Counted from the whole stretch's first letter, positions 1-12,898 are shown. The stretch: DNA of 63,121 bases, filler included, from Octopus bimaculoides (GCF_001194135.2; 6 parts of 6 records of this genome joined end to end with filler, not necessarily neighbours in it); one strand, 5' to 3'. Notes: a model not told the origin generated them from the sequence alone. Numbers and translations: made by a program.

Positions 1-805
1 TATATATATATATATATATATATATATGCGTATGTGTGCATATTTTTCTGCTTGTGTGTTTTTCTGTGTCGTTAAATATTTCATCATGTGCTTTTCAAAG
101 AAACCTCCTGAGGTCTTTCCTTCATAGACATCACGAATAAATGTCAATCTCACATTCATGAAAATGTTACACTAAAATTATTCCCCAAAGCAATATTTAG
201 CAACGGCGAGATCAAAAATATGTAATATAATGATTTGAAAATGTCCGATCAACTGACACTATGCTAGCAATTAGGAGAGGAAAACCCGCTCGGTTCTTGA
301 ATATGATTTAAAATCTGTAATTCTAAACAGATACCTCAAAATAAAATCATTTGTTTCTGTTTTTGGTATGCACAGTTTTTAAGTAACAGGCATAAAATAT
401 TAAAATATATATATAAACTTGTGAGTGTGTAAGATTATAAATCTACATGTGTGTGTTTGTTTGTTTGTTGGTGTATATGTGTTTTAGAACGTTAATGTGT
501 ATGCATGTGTGCGTGCATGTATATATATATATATACATATATACGTTTATGTACTATACGTTTACAACTGTTTTTCATAATGAAATCGCTGTTGAATACA
601 AATAAATTATGAAATTTTTGAGAAATATTTGATTTCCTTCCATTTATTCAAAATATGTTCCACTTCAAGTCGTTTTGGAAAAATTACAAGAAAAGTTTTT
701 TTTAAAGAATACTTGCATAGTATTCAAATACAAGGGGCATTTTCCTTGTTTCTGTCTCTCTTGTATACTCTTGTGGGTTCGAGGTCATTGTGAATTCTTG
801 GTAGG

Positions 806-920
806 GAAGAAGAAGAAGAAGAAGAAGAAGAAGAAGAAGAAGAAGAAGAAGAAGAAGAAGAAGAAGAAGAAGAAGAAGAAGAAGAAGAAGAAGAAGAAGA
901 AGAAGAAGAAGAAGAAGAAG
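806..920 (+). repeat. (GAA)38 trinucleotide microsatellite
   Basis: Uninterrupted gaa units; explains the poly-K ORF 675..941. Confidence 0.97.
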
Positions 921-1255
921 AGGAATGCGGGAGTGCTATGATAGTAGTAGGATGTTAGTAGTGATTGAATTCTTGAGACATCTCTTTTTATAAAATTTGC
1001 GTAGGTTATTCTAAACAGCAGTAGTGGTAAAGTTAGGAAGGAGGTTTCGCACAGGAAGAAGACGAAGAAGAAGAAGGAGAAAAAGAAGGGATAATAAGAA
1101 GGAATGTAGGTAGTATGATAGTAGTAGGGTGTTAAATGGTCAAGTGACCTAAAAGTGGTTCGTGATGGATTATAGCATTGATTGGGACTGTTTTCTAATG
1201 AATTCCTGGGAATATCTTGAGTGTATCATTTTTAATATTTGCGTGTGTGTTTGTG

Positions 1256-1690
1256 TTATTGTAAGGCCGTGCTGGATATGCCGTTTGTTATAGACGCGTT
1301 CAAAAGGGGTCTGTATTTTGTAATAAAGAGAGTCTCTTTACTAATTCGTTGGCTGCAGGTTGTATCGTCCCTGAATTGGTAGAGGGGAACAATTCTGAAG
1401 CTTGGATTTTTGTTATTGGTGCAAATGTCGATGTGTTGGCTGAATGCTATCGTTCTGTTTTGGAGAAATTTGATCTGGGATCTGTGCAGAGCCATCCTTT
1501 GACGTAGACTGTTTTTTGTTTGGCCTATGTATTGCTCTTGAAACCCAGAGCAGGTTGGTGCGTATATCAGGTTCTCCGAAGCACATGTGAAGTTGCTTTT
1601 CACTGTGAAACGTTGTCCCTGTTTGAAGGATAACTCTGATCCCTCAATTAAACTGACGCATATCCCACAGTTGGGTCTTCTGCATTTACT
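1256..1690 (-). pseudogene. PLE Cys-rich linker plus GIY-YIG endonuclease
   Basis: KCRRPNCGIC...NFTCASENLIYA..C...EQYIGQTKNSLRQRMALH...FSQH...KETLFI...P.LN. Confidence 0.88.
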
Positions 1691-1702
1691 TTACTGACGG
1701 CT

Positions 1703-2437
1703 TCAGTGTTGTTGAGCGTATTCGGCTTGTCTTATGAGACTTATCATAGATTTGGGTTGTCTCTTGCTTTTTATGATGGTGTGTGTTTGGAGGATTAAGT
1801 TCATCCTGTGGTCTTTTTTTAGCAGGGGAATGTTTTGACGGATGGTGTCGAAGGCTTCATTGTTAAGAGGGTTGTGTGTGGAGATGTATGATAGGGCTTT
1901 TGGTTGCAAAACCTTCTTTAATTTGGGATGTCTGAGTTCCTGGATGTTGAGTTGAAGGGCACGTTGAAAGCATATGTCAATTAGTGGAGGTGGGTAGCTT
2001 CTGGTGATGAGTGGATCCTTTAATTCATGTAGTTGTGTGTCTCTGGTGTCTGCATTAGCAACTATAGTACATATGCTTTTTGCTATTTTGAAGGGCATAT
2101 TCATTCTGGTGTGTCCGGGATGGCATGAGTTGAACGGTAGATATTGCTTGGAGTCCGTGGGCTTATAGTATATATCTGTTTCTATTACGTTGTTAGATTT
2201 CTTAATGAGGATGTCGAGGAAAGGAAGTTGGTGATGGCTATATCCCATCGTGAATTGAATGTTTATGTCAAGTCCATTTATAAGTGCTTGGAATTCTTTA
2301 AGTTTCTCTATGTTTTCATGCCAAAGAATGAAACAGTCATGCAGGTATCTCTTCCAGTTATTTTCTGTGTAGAGGGAGAATGGGCTGCCGTATTTTTCTA
2401 GAACCTTACGATAAAGACTAATTTGTAGATATCCCAT
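1703..2437 (-). pseudogene. PLE reverse transcriptase catalytic core/thumb (YLDD mutated to YLHD)
   Basis: WKRYLHDCFILW, IQFTM, LPFLDILI, TDIYYKPTDSKQYL, SCHP, RSYP motifs. Confidence 0.9.
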
Positions 2438-2560
2438 GACTAGGTTAGCAAAGGAAGGGGGGTGGCAGTCTCGTACCCATAGCAGTCTCCGATTTTTGTC
2501 GATAGAAGTTGTCTTTGAAGACGAAGTATTTATTTTCCAGGATGACTTTTAGCCCTTCTA

Positions 2561-3547
2561 TCAAGAATTCTTTTTTGATGCGATGTGGGTGTTTGTTGGT
2601 GTGTAATTCTCTAGCCAGAATTGAATTGCCTCTATTCCTAGGTTGTGTGGGATATTGGAATAGAGGTTGACTACATCGAAGGATACTAGTAGGGTGTTTT
2701 TGTTTATTGTTTCAGGAAGGTGATTCAAGTCGTCCCTTATATAGCTTTTGCCATGATTGAGGAATGGTTTTAAGAGGGTATCTAAAACGTTACTGAGGTG
2801 GTGGGTTTCGCATGCGGGACCTGCTTTTATAGGTCTCAATTTGAGGTCATTAGGAGTAGGGACTTTGATTATGTCTGTAGCTATCTTGCATGCGTTACTT
2901 ATTTTCTCACTTTTGTGTATCTTGGGAATACCGTAAAATTGACTGTTTTTTCTTTTGAAACTGGTCATATAGTCATATTCTCTGTATAGGTTTAATATGG
3001 ATTTTAGGTATCTCATTATTTTATGCTGACTGTAGTGTTGGGCCTTTTCATAATATGGTGTGTCTTCCAATATGGATAGTACTAGAGTTATATAGAATAC
3101 CGTGTCCATTAAGACAACTGCACACTCTTTATCAGCTTCTTTGATTGTTATTGTTTTGTCATCTTCTAAATTGTTCACCTCAGCCCATTCTTTTTTGCTG
3201 AAGTTTGGTTTGTGTTTTTGTTTGTGTATATATTGATATGGGTAATTCGAGATGTGTTCACAGAATTGATCAAGAGTTCTGTTCTTACTTGTTGAGGGGG
3301 TGTAGTTACTTCTATTTCTGACCAACGATTCGTCCTCGTTGCATTTGTTGCATATACATGCACACAAATGCTTGTGTTTGCGTGTGTGTACGTGTGTGTG
3401 CGTGTGCGCGTGTGTGTGCGTGTATCTGTGTGTATGTTTGTTTGCGTGTGTGTTTGTGTGTGCGTGTAACGATGAATACATATATAGCTCAGAATTTCTA
3501 TCGATATGACAAATATCACAAAATACTATCATATCAAATCCGGGCAA
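2561..3547 (-). pseudogene. PLE ORF N-terminal region and first half of reverse transcriptase
   Basis: IKEADK..AVVLMD, FYGIPKIHK, LRPIKAG, SYIRD, LLVSFDVVNLYSNIPH motifs; HT-rich stretch is an inserted microsatellite. Confidence 0.9.
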
Positions 3548-5364
3548 TCTGTATGCTTACTTAGCAAACCAGAGTTTTGAAACAAAATACTACATTTAGA
3601 GCTGTAATATATTGGGAAATAGTCACACCCAAACACACATATATACTTATGTATGTGTGTGTGTGCGTGTGTATGCGCGTATGGTATGTGTTTGAATGTT
3701 TGTATGTATGTACGTGCGTGTGCGTGTGTGCGTGTGTGCATGTATCTATGAACATGTGTGTTTGTGTTTATGTGTGTCTAAAGCCATCCAATTCGTCTTA
3801 AGGAAGTCAAGATACTTCTGTTAGGATGGAAATCACTTTTGCTTAATTAGAAATTTATATTGTCTCCAATTTGTCGTTGTAGCTTATCTCTCAATAATGA
3901 GTCCTGAAAGAGCAGATAATGAATATATATTGCCGAGAGCTTGGTTATGTGTAAAGATTAAGCGCCATGGACCTTAAAATTAAGAAGTATATCTACAAAA
4001 TTTTGATTCAATACACCTTCTAAAATGACGCGAAACTTTGTTTTATTTACTGAATATAAGTTAACACTTGATCAAATTTAAGTATTTTAATATAATTGGA
4101 CATTTATAAGTCGTTCCATCATTGTTACGTTAGTTTAGTAAAGACTCCTCTGCTTTCATTTTATAGATTATTTTTCCGTCGATCTTACGTCAAGACTGAA
4201 TTTTATCACGAATTAAAATGGAGCTATAAATTCAAAACTATAGTTCAACAACTTTTAATATCATATTTTACTGCTTCTATATGTCCGTTCAGCAGAGTCG
4301 AATTACCTTCCACGTGCTTGTTTTTGTTAGCTCTGACTATTCTGTCTTTTTGTCTAGACAACAATGTCTTTTCCAGACAATAATATACGTAATTTAGCAG
4401 TAAATTTACAGAAAACTGGTTGAATGCGGGCTTTCTTCATGTACCATTTTCTGCTTGTGTTAATCTTTGAGAATTTATTTGTATGAGTGATTATTTCTAT
4501 TTTAGGACTTGTAGATATATTGTCAAAGATCAACGAAGTCATTACAGCTTAGATTCAAAATGATTCAGATTTCTACGAGAAAATTCGTGGCAATATATGA
4601 TATAAAGAAAGAAAATAATTTAGAGATGGAGATTGAAAGACAGGTTGATAATGAAAGACAAAAGAAGAGTTGAGAGGTAAAGGACACATTAGGGAATGAT
4701 TCAATAGTTCCTTGTTCTGAGACGAACAGATTATGGCAAGACGGAAACGTTCATAAATGCAGGTCTGTAACTGCATATCTATTCCAACTTGATAATGAAT
4801 TTTTATACGCTACCAATATACTAACGAATGCATGAAAGTAATAAATCTAGATGCCGTGTAATATGTAAAACATTTTTCTTTTATTTAGTCATAAAAATAA
4901 AACCAGTACACACACATGCACACACACACACATACATACATACATACATACATACATACATACATGCATGCATGCATGCATGCATACATACATACATACA
5001 TACACATACATATACATATGGTGACTTGCTGCTAAAACATGTATAATTTCGTAGGTAAAGTCTCTGAGTAAACTGGAAATAGAGTGAAATAACCAGAACT
5101 TCAATCGCCTCAGAGAGGAATACTTTATATTGTAAAATTAATATTTTGCACAGAATTAAATTTCGTCAAAAATACGAGCTTTCCGTAGTAAATTTAAATC
5201 TTCGAGAATCCCACTTGTTTAGAAATAATTTGAAAATCTTCCCAAAATATGCTACATATTTTTGAGGCATTCTCCGAAGTACTATGGTTATTACAAGCGT
5301 TTTCTTTCCTTCCATCACATTCAAAATATGTATGCATGTATATATGTATATATGTATCTCTCTT

Positions 5365-5446
<82 letters not shown>

Positions 5447-6389
5447 NNNNNNNNNNNNNNNNNNNNNNNNNNNNNNNNNNNNNNNNNNNNNNNNNNNNNN
5501 NNNNNNNNNNNNNNNNNNNNNNNNNNNNNNNNNNNNNNNNNNNNNNNNNNNNNNNNNNNNNNNNNNNNNNNNNNNNNNNNNNNNNNNNNNNNNNNNNNNN
5601 NNNNNNNNNNNNNNNNNNNNNNNNNNNNNNNNNNNNNNNNNNNNNNNNNNNNNNNNNNNNNNNNNNNNNNNNNNNNNNNNNNNNNNNNNNNNNNNNNNNN
5701 NNNNNNNNNNNNNNNNNNNNNNNNNNNNNNNNNNNNNNNNNNNNNNNNNNNNNNNNNNNNNNNNNNNNNNNNNNNNNNNNNNNNNNNNNNNNNNNNNNNN
5801 NNNNNNNNNNNNNNNNNNNNNNNNNNNNNNNNNNNNNNNNNNNNNNNNNNNNNNNNNNNNNNNNNNNNNNNNNNNNNNNNNNNNNNNNNNNNNNNNNNNN
5901 NNNNNNNNNNNNNNNNNNNNNNNNNNNNNNNNNNNNNNNNNNNNNNNNNNNNNNNNNNNNNNNNNNNNNNNNNNNNNNNNNNNNNNNNNNNNNNNNNNNN
6001 NNNNNNNNNNNNNNNNNNNNNNNNNNNNNNNNNNNNNNNNNNNNNNNNNNNNNNNNNNNNNNNNNNNNNNNNNNNNNNNNNNNNNNNNNNNNNNNNNNNN
6101 NNNNNNNNNNNNNNNNNNNNNNNNNNNNNNNNNNNNNNNNNNNNNNNNNNNNNNNNNNNNNNNNNNNNNNNNNNNNNNNNNNNNNNNNNNNNNNNNNNNN
6201 NNNNNNNNNNNNNNNNNNNNNNNNNNNNNNNNNNNNNNNNNNNNNNNNNNNNNNNNNNNNNNNNNNNNNNNNNNNNNNNNNNNNNNNNNNNNNNNNNNNN
6301 NNNNNNNNNNNNNNNNNNNNNNNNNNNNNNNNNNNNNNNNNNNNNNNNNNNNNNNNNNNNNNNNNNNNNNNNNNNNNNNNNNNNNNNNN

Positions 6390-6427
<38 letters not shown>

Positions 6428-7109
6428 GCAGAGAGACAGAGAGAGAGAGAGAGAGATACACACACAAACAGAGATAGATAGAGAGAGAGAGAGGGGGGAT
6501 GCTAAAGATCCTGGATTTAAGTGTATCCCGAAAGACCTGGTTACAACCTTCCTAGTTCTTTTACAGGGCTTAGAAAGACTGAAGAACTGCTGCAATCAGA
6601 GGCGAGATAGATTTTTCCTTTTAGGTACGGCATGACCTGCTGAGGAGAATTGAGGCTGTAGCAAAATCTGGATTTTTGTTATTCATGCACGCCTGAAAAT
6701 ATTAGTAGCTCACACGATCTTCATATCAATTAAATGTAGATACGTGGCTACAGACCTGGATTCTTGGACGTCTACGTTTTAGCTATATTTTGTTAGACTC
6801 GAGACAAGAAGGTAAAAAATGACATCCCTAATGTTCCCTACTCTTCTTTCCTCTGTCGATGTTATTCAGTACTTCCCCGTCTCAAATCTATATCATTAAA
6901 TTATCATTCATTTTATATTATTTACACTCTACTTATTTCCAAAAAATATCACTTTGAATAATTTTGAATCCAATTCGAATGTAGGGTCTACGCTGATCTT
7001 CCTTAAAGTATTTATAAATAATGTGAAATTGTACGAATACTCATAATTACACCCACTGTTACTTAGATTGAAATGGGCTCATCAAGAAAGCCCTTACATA
7101 GATATTTTA

Positions 7110-8450
7110 CTCTAGAGATTACCGCCAGATTGCAAATTGCATACATTGATTTCTGAAAATGTTGAGGGTTGGTGACTGCAGGGACAGGGTAGGACAGTGT
7201 AGGGAAGTGTGGGAGATGGGTGAGAATAGGGTGGAGGTTCACATTTTCGCCTTGATATCCTTTCCCTCTTTTTTGTTTCTTTGATGCTGTATTGCATTAA
7301 TCTTTCTCTTCTGCCACCTCGTTCTCTTCCTCCTTCTCTGGTTTCTTCTCGCTCACACACGACGTCACAAGAGGTGGAGGTGCGGTTTCTCTCGTTAGTT
7401 CCTTTGCGACAGAGGGGGGGGGGAGCAATCTGCGTTTATGTGACATTTTTCGCCACATTCAAAGCAACGGGTTGTCCTACCCTCCACCATGACTCTCAGC
7501 TTTACATCCTCTCCAACTGTGAAGGGTTCCACCATTTTCTGAGGCGGCCTAGATTATCATTTCCAGGCTCTGCCCTTGCCAATTTCTTTGTGGTACTCTT
7601 TTGGCCTAGAGGACTAGATAGAACCGTGTCCTCCATTCCCAACAGGATGGCGGCTACCAGCCAGGCAACATCCACCTCAGAAGGGATCTCTTCTACCCTT
7701 ACCCGAGAAACACGCTTTCCCAGGTAAATGGTTAGAAGGGCCACTTCGTCCGTGTTGAGAGCAGTGACGGCATGCTGCCTGGTCAAAGCCTCCGACGCAA
7801 ACCGCACCTCCACCGTTGCATATTTCCTGCCTTTGGTGAGGTAATTCAGCTCCTTCTATATTTGTTTCAATTCCCATTGAAACTGTGATTGGGTTTCGAC
7901 CTCTATTCGTAGTAACTTCAAACTGTAAGTTTTATACAGTACGGTTCTTCTTTTAACTCCTTTCGTTGTCTCACTGGGGGGGGGAGACACCTTAACATCG
8001 TTCCCCTTCCGTTTTAAGCATTTCCTAGATCTTATTCAACTTCTCTAAGCACACACCTTCACTTTTATCCTTTACGGCCTCGGCAAAATTTTTCACCTCC
8101 ATCGCCTTCTCTATTCTCTTTACACTTTTAACAATTTCCTGCGGGGAAGACGACAAGTCTGAGAAGCTAACTTTATCAGTTCTCGACCCTATTACCGTGC
8201 TTTCCCCTTCAAACAATATAAAGTTACAGTATTTCTCATGCTCTACCGTCGCCAGTTTCCACAGACTTAGACGCATTTTCATTTCGTCCGTCCAGTCTCG
8301 GCATTCTTCTTTTGAAAATCTGTTCAAATCTTCAGTAATATGCCTCGAAGGCGACTCCTTCTTCCGAGTCATACTTAAATTCATTTATTGAATTTCATAT
8401 ATGATCTCGCGAAAACGTATTTTCCAGTTTTGTTACCAACTTCATTAGTT
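7110..8450 (-). mobile_element. Tx1/L1-like LINE 5' portion: fragmented ORF1 with CCHC zinc knuckle and start of ORF2
   Basis: Minus frame at ~7420-7500 reads LRVMVEGRTTRCFECGEKCHINADC (C-x2-C-x4-H-x4-C). ORF pieces 8025..8384 and 7502..7813 (SRVRVEEIPSEV) lie upstream. EINVCNLQS at ~7130-7165 resembles the first APE motif. Confidence 0.72.
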
Positions 8451-8759
8451 GTAGCATTTGTTCCTGTAACATTTGTTGCTGTTCTTGTATTTTGAGTTGT
8501 TGTTGCTATGTTTGCAAGTCAACTAGACCCTCTTACATGTTTTCTATAATTTTACAGATTTTTCATAAAATATGTGCAACAAAAATAATTGTTACTCTGT
8601 CGCGTGAATTGTTTAATTTCTGGTGAAAAAATGTTGTTCAACGTTGTCCGCTGAAATTGTTTATATCCTCATGGCTACTGTTTTAATGAGATCCTCGCCC
8701 ACTTGTATGTTATTGTCAGCACTAATATTCTTGTTGCCACTATTATGCTGTGGCGGTAT

Positions 8760-9130
8760 GGAGGCGCAATGGCCCAGTGGTTAGGGCAGCGGACTCACGG
8801 TCATAGGATCGCGGTTTCGATTCCCAGACTGGGCGTTGTGAGTGTTTATTGAGCGAGGATCCGGTAGGGGATGGTGGCGAACCCTGCTGTACTCTTTCAC
8901 CACAACTTTCTCTCACTCTTACTTCCTGTTGTTGTTGTACCTGTATTTCAAAGGGCCAGCCTTGTCACACTGTGTCACACAGAATATCCCCGAGAACTAC
9001 GTTAAGAGTACACGTGTCTGTGGAGTGCTCAGCCACTTGCACGTTAATTTCACGAGCAGGCTGTTCCGTTGATCGGATCAACTGGAACCCTCAACGTCGT
9101 AAGCGACGGAGTGCCAACAACAACAACAAC
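8760..9130 (+). mobile_element. tRNA-derived SINE (family C), full length with (CAA)n tail
   Basis: A box TGGCCCAGTGG and B box GGTTTCGATTCC; highly similar to 47998-48360; ends in caacaacaac. Confidence 0.9.
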
Positions 9131-9449
9131 TGTTATAATGTGTGATCCTCGCCCACTTGTATGTTATTGTCGGCACTAATGTTCTTGCTGCCACTATTAT
9201 GTCGTGGCGGTATTAACGCGTCATATAACGCGGTATTAACGCGTCATATAATCTTTGACTTGTATATCGGGCAATTCCTGATTGGTCCGCAATACAATGA
9301 CTTTAACTCGAACTCGTACAACAACTCTACTACTACTGAATTCCTACAATAACTGACTCCCTGACTTTATTGTGGCTGTTCATACCACTTCCTCACGAGG
9401 GAAGTGGAGTGCAATTTTCACTACAACAATATATATGTGTGTGTATACG

Positions 9450-9481
<32 letters not shown>

Positions 9482-11186
9482 TGCTTTTATGTATATGTAT
9501 ATGTATATATGTGTGTGTATACATATATAAATATATGTGTGTGCGTCTGCGTGTTTGTATGTATGTAAGTACGTATATTCACATGTATTTCATATGCTTA
9601 TATATAAGACACCCTCTGACATCATCGATAGAGAATAGAAAGGATTGTGAGACGTTGCCACAGACGTGTAATTGCTACTGAAGTTACGCAAATAATCCAG
9701 TTATTAGTATTGTAAACTTAATATTTAGTTTATCGTATTCAGAATCTTATGAAATATACGAGGGTTCTCTGTCGATGATGTATTATTCATCGAGAATGCA
9801 TCTGAATTTTTCTCACCTGTCCAAACAGCTATGCGCTTTCATTAACTATTCAAATTCTCTTTATATGTATATATATATATATATATATNNNNNNNNNNNN
9901 NNNNNNNNNNNNNNNNNNNNNNNNNNNNNNNNNNNNNNNNNNNNNNNNNNNNNNNNNNNNNNNNNNNNNNNNNNNNNNNNNNNNNNNNNNNNNNNNNNNN
10001 NNNNNNNNNNNNNNNNNNNNNNNNNNNNNNNNNNNNNNNNNNNNNNNNNNNNNNNNNNNNNNNNNNNNNNNNNNNNNNNNNNNNNNNNNNNNNNNNNNNN
10101 NNNNNNNNNNNNNNNNNNNNNNNNNNNNNNNNNNNNNNNNNNNNNNNNNNNNNNNNNNNNNNNNNNNNNNNNNNNNNNNNNNNNNNNNNNNNNNNNNNNN
10201 NNNNNNNNNNNNNNNNNNNNNNNNNNNNNNNNNNNNNNNNNNNNNNNNNNNNNNNNNNNNNNNNNNNNNNNNNNNNNNNNNNNNNNNNNNNNNNNNNNNN
10301 NNNNNNNNNNNNNNNNNNNNNNNNNNNNNNNNNNNNNNNNNNNNNNNNNNNNNNNNNNNNNNNNNNNNNNNNNNNNNNNNNNNNNNNNNNNNNNNNNNNN
10401 NNNNNNNNNNNNNNNNNNNNNNNNNNNNNNNNNNNNNNNNNNNNNNNNNNNNNNNNNNNNNNNNNNNNNNNNNNNNNNNNNNNNNNNNNNNNNNNNNNNN
10501 NNNNNNNNNNNNNNNNNNNNNNNNNNNNNNNNNNNNNNNNNNNNNNNNNNNNNNNNNNNNNNNNNNNNNNNNNNNNNNNNNNNNNNNNNNNNNNNNNNNN
10601 NNNNNNNNNNNNNNNNNNNNNNNNNNNNNNNNNNNNNNNNNNNNNNNNNNNNNNNNNNNNNNNNNNNNNNNNNNNNNNNNNNNNNNNNNNNNNNNNNNNN
10701 NNNNNNNNNNNNNNNNNNNNNNNNNNNNNNNNNNNNNNNNNNNNNNNNNNNNNNNNNNNNNNNNNNNNNNNNNNNNGGCTAATTCACCTTTTCCAGAAGA
10801 ATTTGTTTTTTAATTACAGTGATTTAAAGATTGTTCATTTTTACTCAGTCAGAAAAAAGGATTTGGAAGCTGTCATTTTGTGCGTGACTGTACGAATTGT
10901 CAACATTGCGAAAATAGCATGTCTTTCAATATAAAAATGTAAACAACTGAACTAATAGCGGAATGTCCACGACATATAAATCCTCTTAACTTTTTTTATT
11001 TTTTGGAATTTTCAGAAGTATTTTTGCGAATTTATATTCCACAGGGAATTTATTCGATTATGCATAAACCAAATCAAAAAAGCAACGTTTAGTATCTTAT
11101 TGAAGGCCTGAATAGCTGTTATTTTTAGCGCATCTCACAGCCACCCCATACTTCGTATTTTGAGCATTTAATAAGCGACAAATGAC

Positions 11187-11288
11187 CACGTGACTTGACA
11201 GGAAAGCAACACAGGGGTAAGCAACTTGGCAACAGCTTGGCTTGTTTCTAAGGAAACAGGCATCTATATGTCTGTTGTTTTCGATTGG
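11187..11288. promoter_or_regulatory. Putative cis-regulatory cluster: E-box, RFX X-box, CCAAT
   Basis: CACGTG at 11187-11192; GTTTCTAAGGAAAC at 11244-11257 fits RYYNYYWWRRNRAC; (G)GCAAC half sites at 11206, 11221, 11228; ATTGG at 11284. Motif matches only, no transcript evidence. Confidence 0.35.
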
Positions 11289-12898
11289 CCAAAATTATCC
11301 AAAATTTGCAAACTCTAAAAGCTTTTAGCTTTATGTATTGATTTATGGTGAAAATGAATCGCATGTCAACGATTACCATACAAAATGACACCAACACACC
11401 AAACATGAAATCATTTGGAACAAAAATGGAAGAAATTGAAAACTGGCAGCTAAGTAGGAAAGATCCGTTTTCTCTTGGTTTCGCATGATATTTAATAATA
11501 ATCGGACGGGTTGCTTTGTATCAGCAAATACCCACATTGTGAGTGTGACATAGCGTGTTTTCTTAAGTTCTTGTTGTAAATGTGAGAATTCTAAAACTAA
11601 CATTGCCAACTTGCTGAAAGCATGATTGCGTGAGTAATTGCGGCAGCATCGATGCCTATCAGGTCATGTGAAAAATCTAAAGGAGTAGTTTCTTATTGAT
11701 TCTGGGCTTCTGTCTACCAAGCATTGAGATTATGTCGACACACAAAGATAGCACACTGCAAAATCAGTGAACTTGCTTTCCTAGACCAACGCTTTACATT
11801 TCAGTTGGGTAACACCAATGTAATCATAGTTTCCCGTACTTTAGCTTCCGTACTTTTACAGTATTTACCTCTACCGAAAAGTATGCACGTTACACTACCC
11901 ACCCTGCCATCTTAATTCGATACATTTCTGTATTGCTTTTGAAATATTTACCCATTTATTATACGCATATAGTTATAGTATACAGTTTCAGCAGACGCTC
12001 AATACAGTCTGTACGATTTTTCCTCCTAAGTATGAATTCAACATCATTTTGAGCCATAGAATTATCATACAATGTTTCCAGATATAAAATTCGACCGATA
12101 TCCAATGGCAATTTGTAACTGAAAATGGTGATGTACGTGTTTGTACTTTTAATTCTTGATCAAGAAAGATTATTACTTTTTCAGACCATTGGTATACTAT
12201 TATTTTCTATTTTTGCAAATGTCATTTTCCCCACTCTTCCACACTTCCATCCTGTCAAGTAGATATAATTTTTTTCCCATTGCTTCGAGTCATGTGTGAA
12301 TAATCCAAAAATATTACATTGACAATATGAAAACTTAGAATTAAAATTACAATGAGGATATTCATAAAATCTGAGTATAAAGAGTTTTTGACTCTCTTTC
12401 AGTGACGGAACATGGCTACGTGGCTTATAATGCACAGAACATCTTTCTATCATATTTTCAGACTAAAACGTTCCACTCTCCTTAATGGCATGTAGCTCGA
12501 GAGACAAAGATAGTGATTTTCGCTCCTCTATTTCATTACATTTTCACTGTACACTTATCGTTTACATATAGTTTTAAAAAATTTACTTGTGATTATATTT
12601 ATCGATTGTAAATTGTTCCTTTAAATGCACTATATTTTATTGAACACTTGAATTCACTGAATGTATATTGTTATAAGATGAGGATATTAAAAGATGCAGC
12701 TAGATATTTGGAAAGAACGAAACAATACTATAGGTTTCATGACGTAGATTAAAACTTTTATCTTCCATCTGTTTTTAATTTTGGCGATTAATACAGTTAA
12801 TACAGGTGGCGAGAAAAATAATCCAGTCATAAAGAGTATACAGAACACAGACCTAAACTGAATTTGAACTTTCACACTTTGATTTATGTTGGTCAATA

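Larger units (their letters stand above)
1050..3620 (-). mobile_element. Penelope-like retroelement (Neptune-type), near-complete ORF, frameshifted, with an internal (GT)n insertion at ~3360-3470
   Basis: Minus-strand frames give FYGIPKIHK..LRPI, SFDVVNLYSNIP, RYLHDCF, QLPFLDILI, YYKPTD, KCRRPNCGIC and YIGQTKNSLRQRMALH in PLE order (RT, Cys linker, GIY-YIG). Outer boundaries approximate. Confidence 0.93.

Noticed and set aside
675-941. 88-aa ORF with poly-lysine
   Set aside because: Translation of the (GAA)38 microsatellite.
4705-4750. CTGAGACGA...GAAACGTTC
   Set aside because: Core spacing wrong and stem I does not pair.
8762-8835. tRNA-like cloverleaf heads (also at 47998, 43011, 60728)
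   Set aside because: They continue into multi-copy SINE bodies and lack a proper acceptor stem; SINE heads, not tRNA genes.
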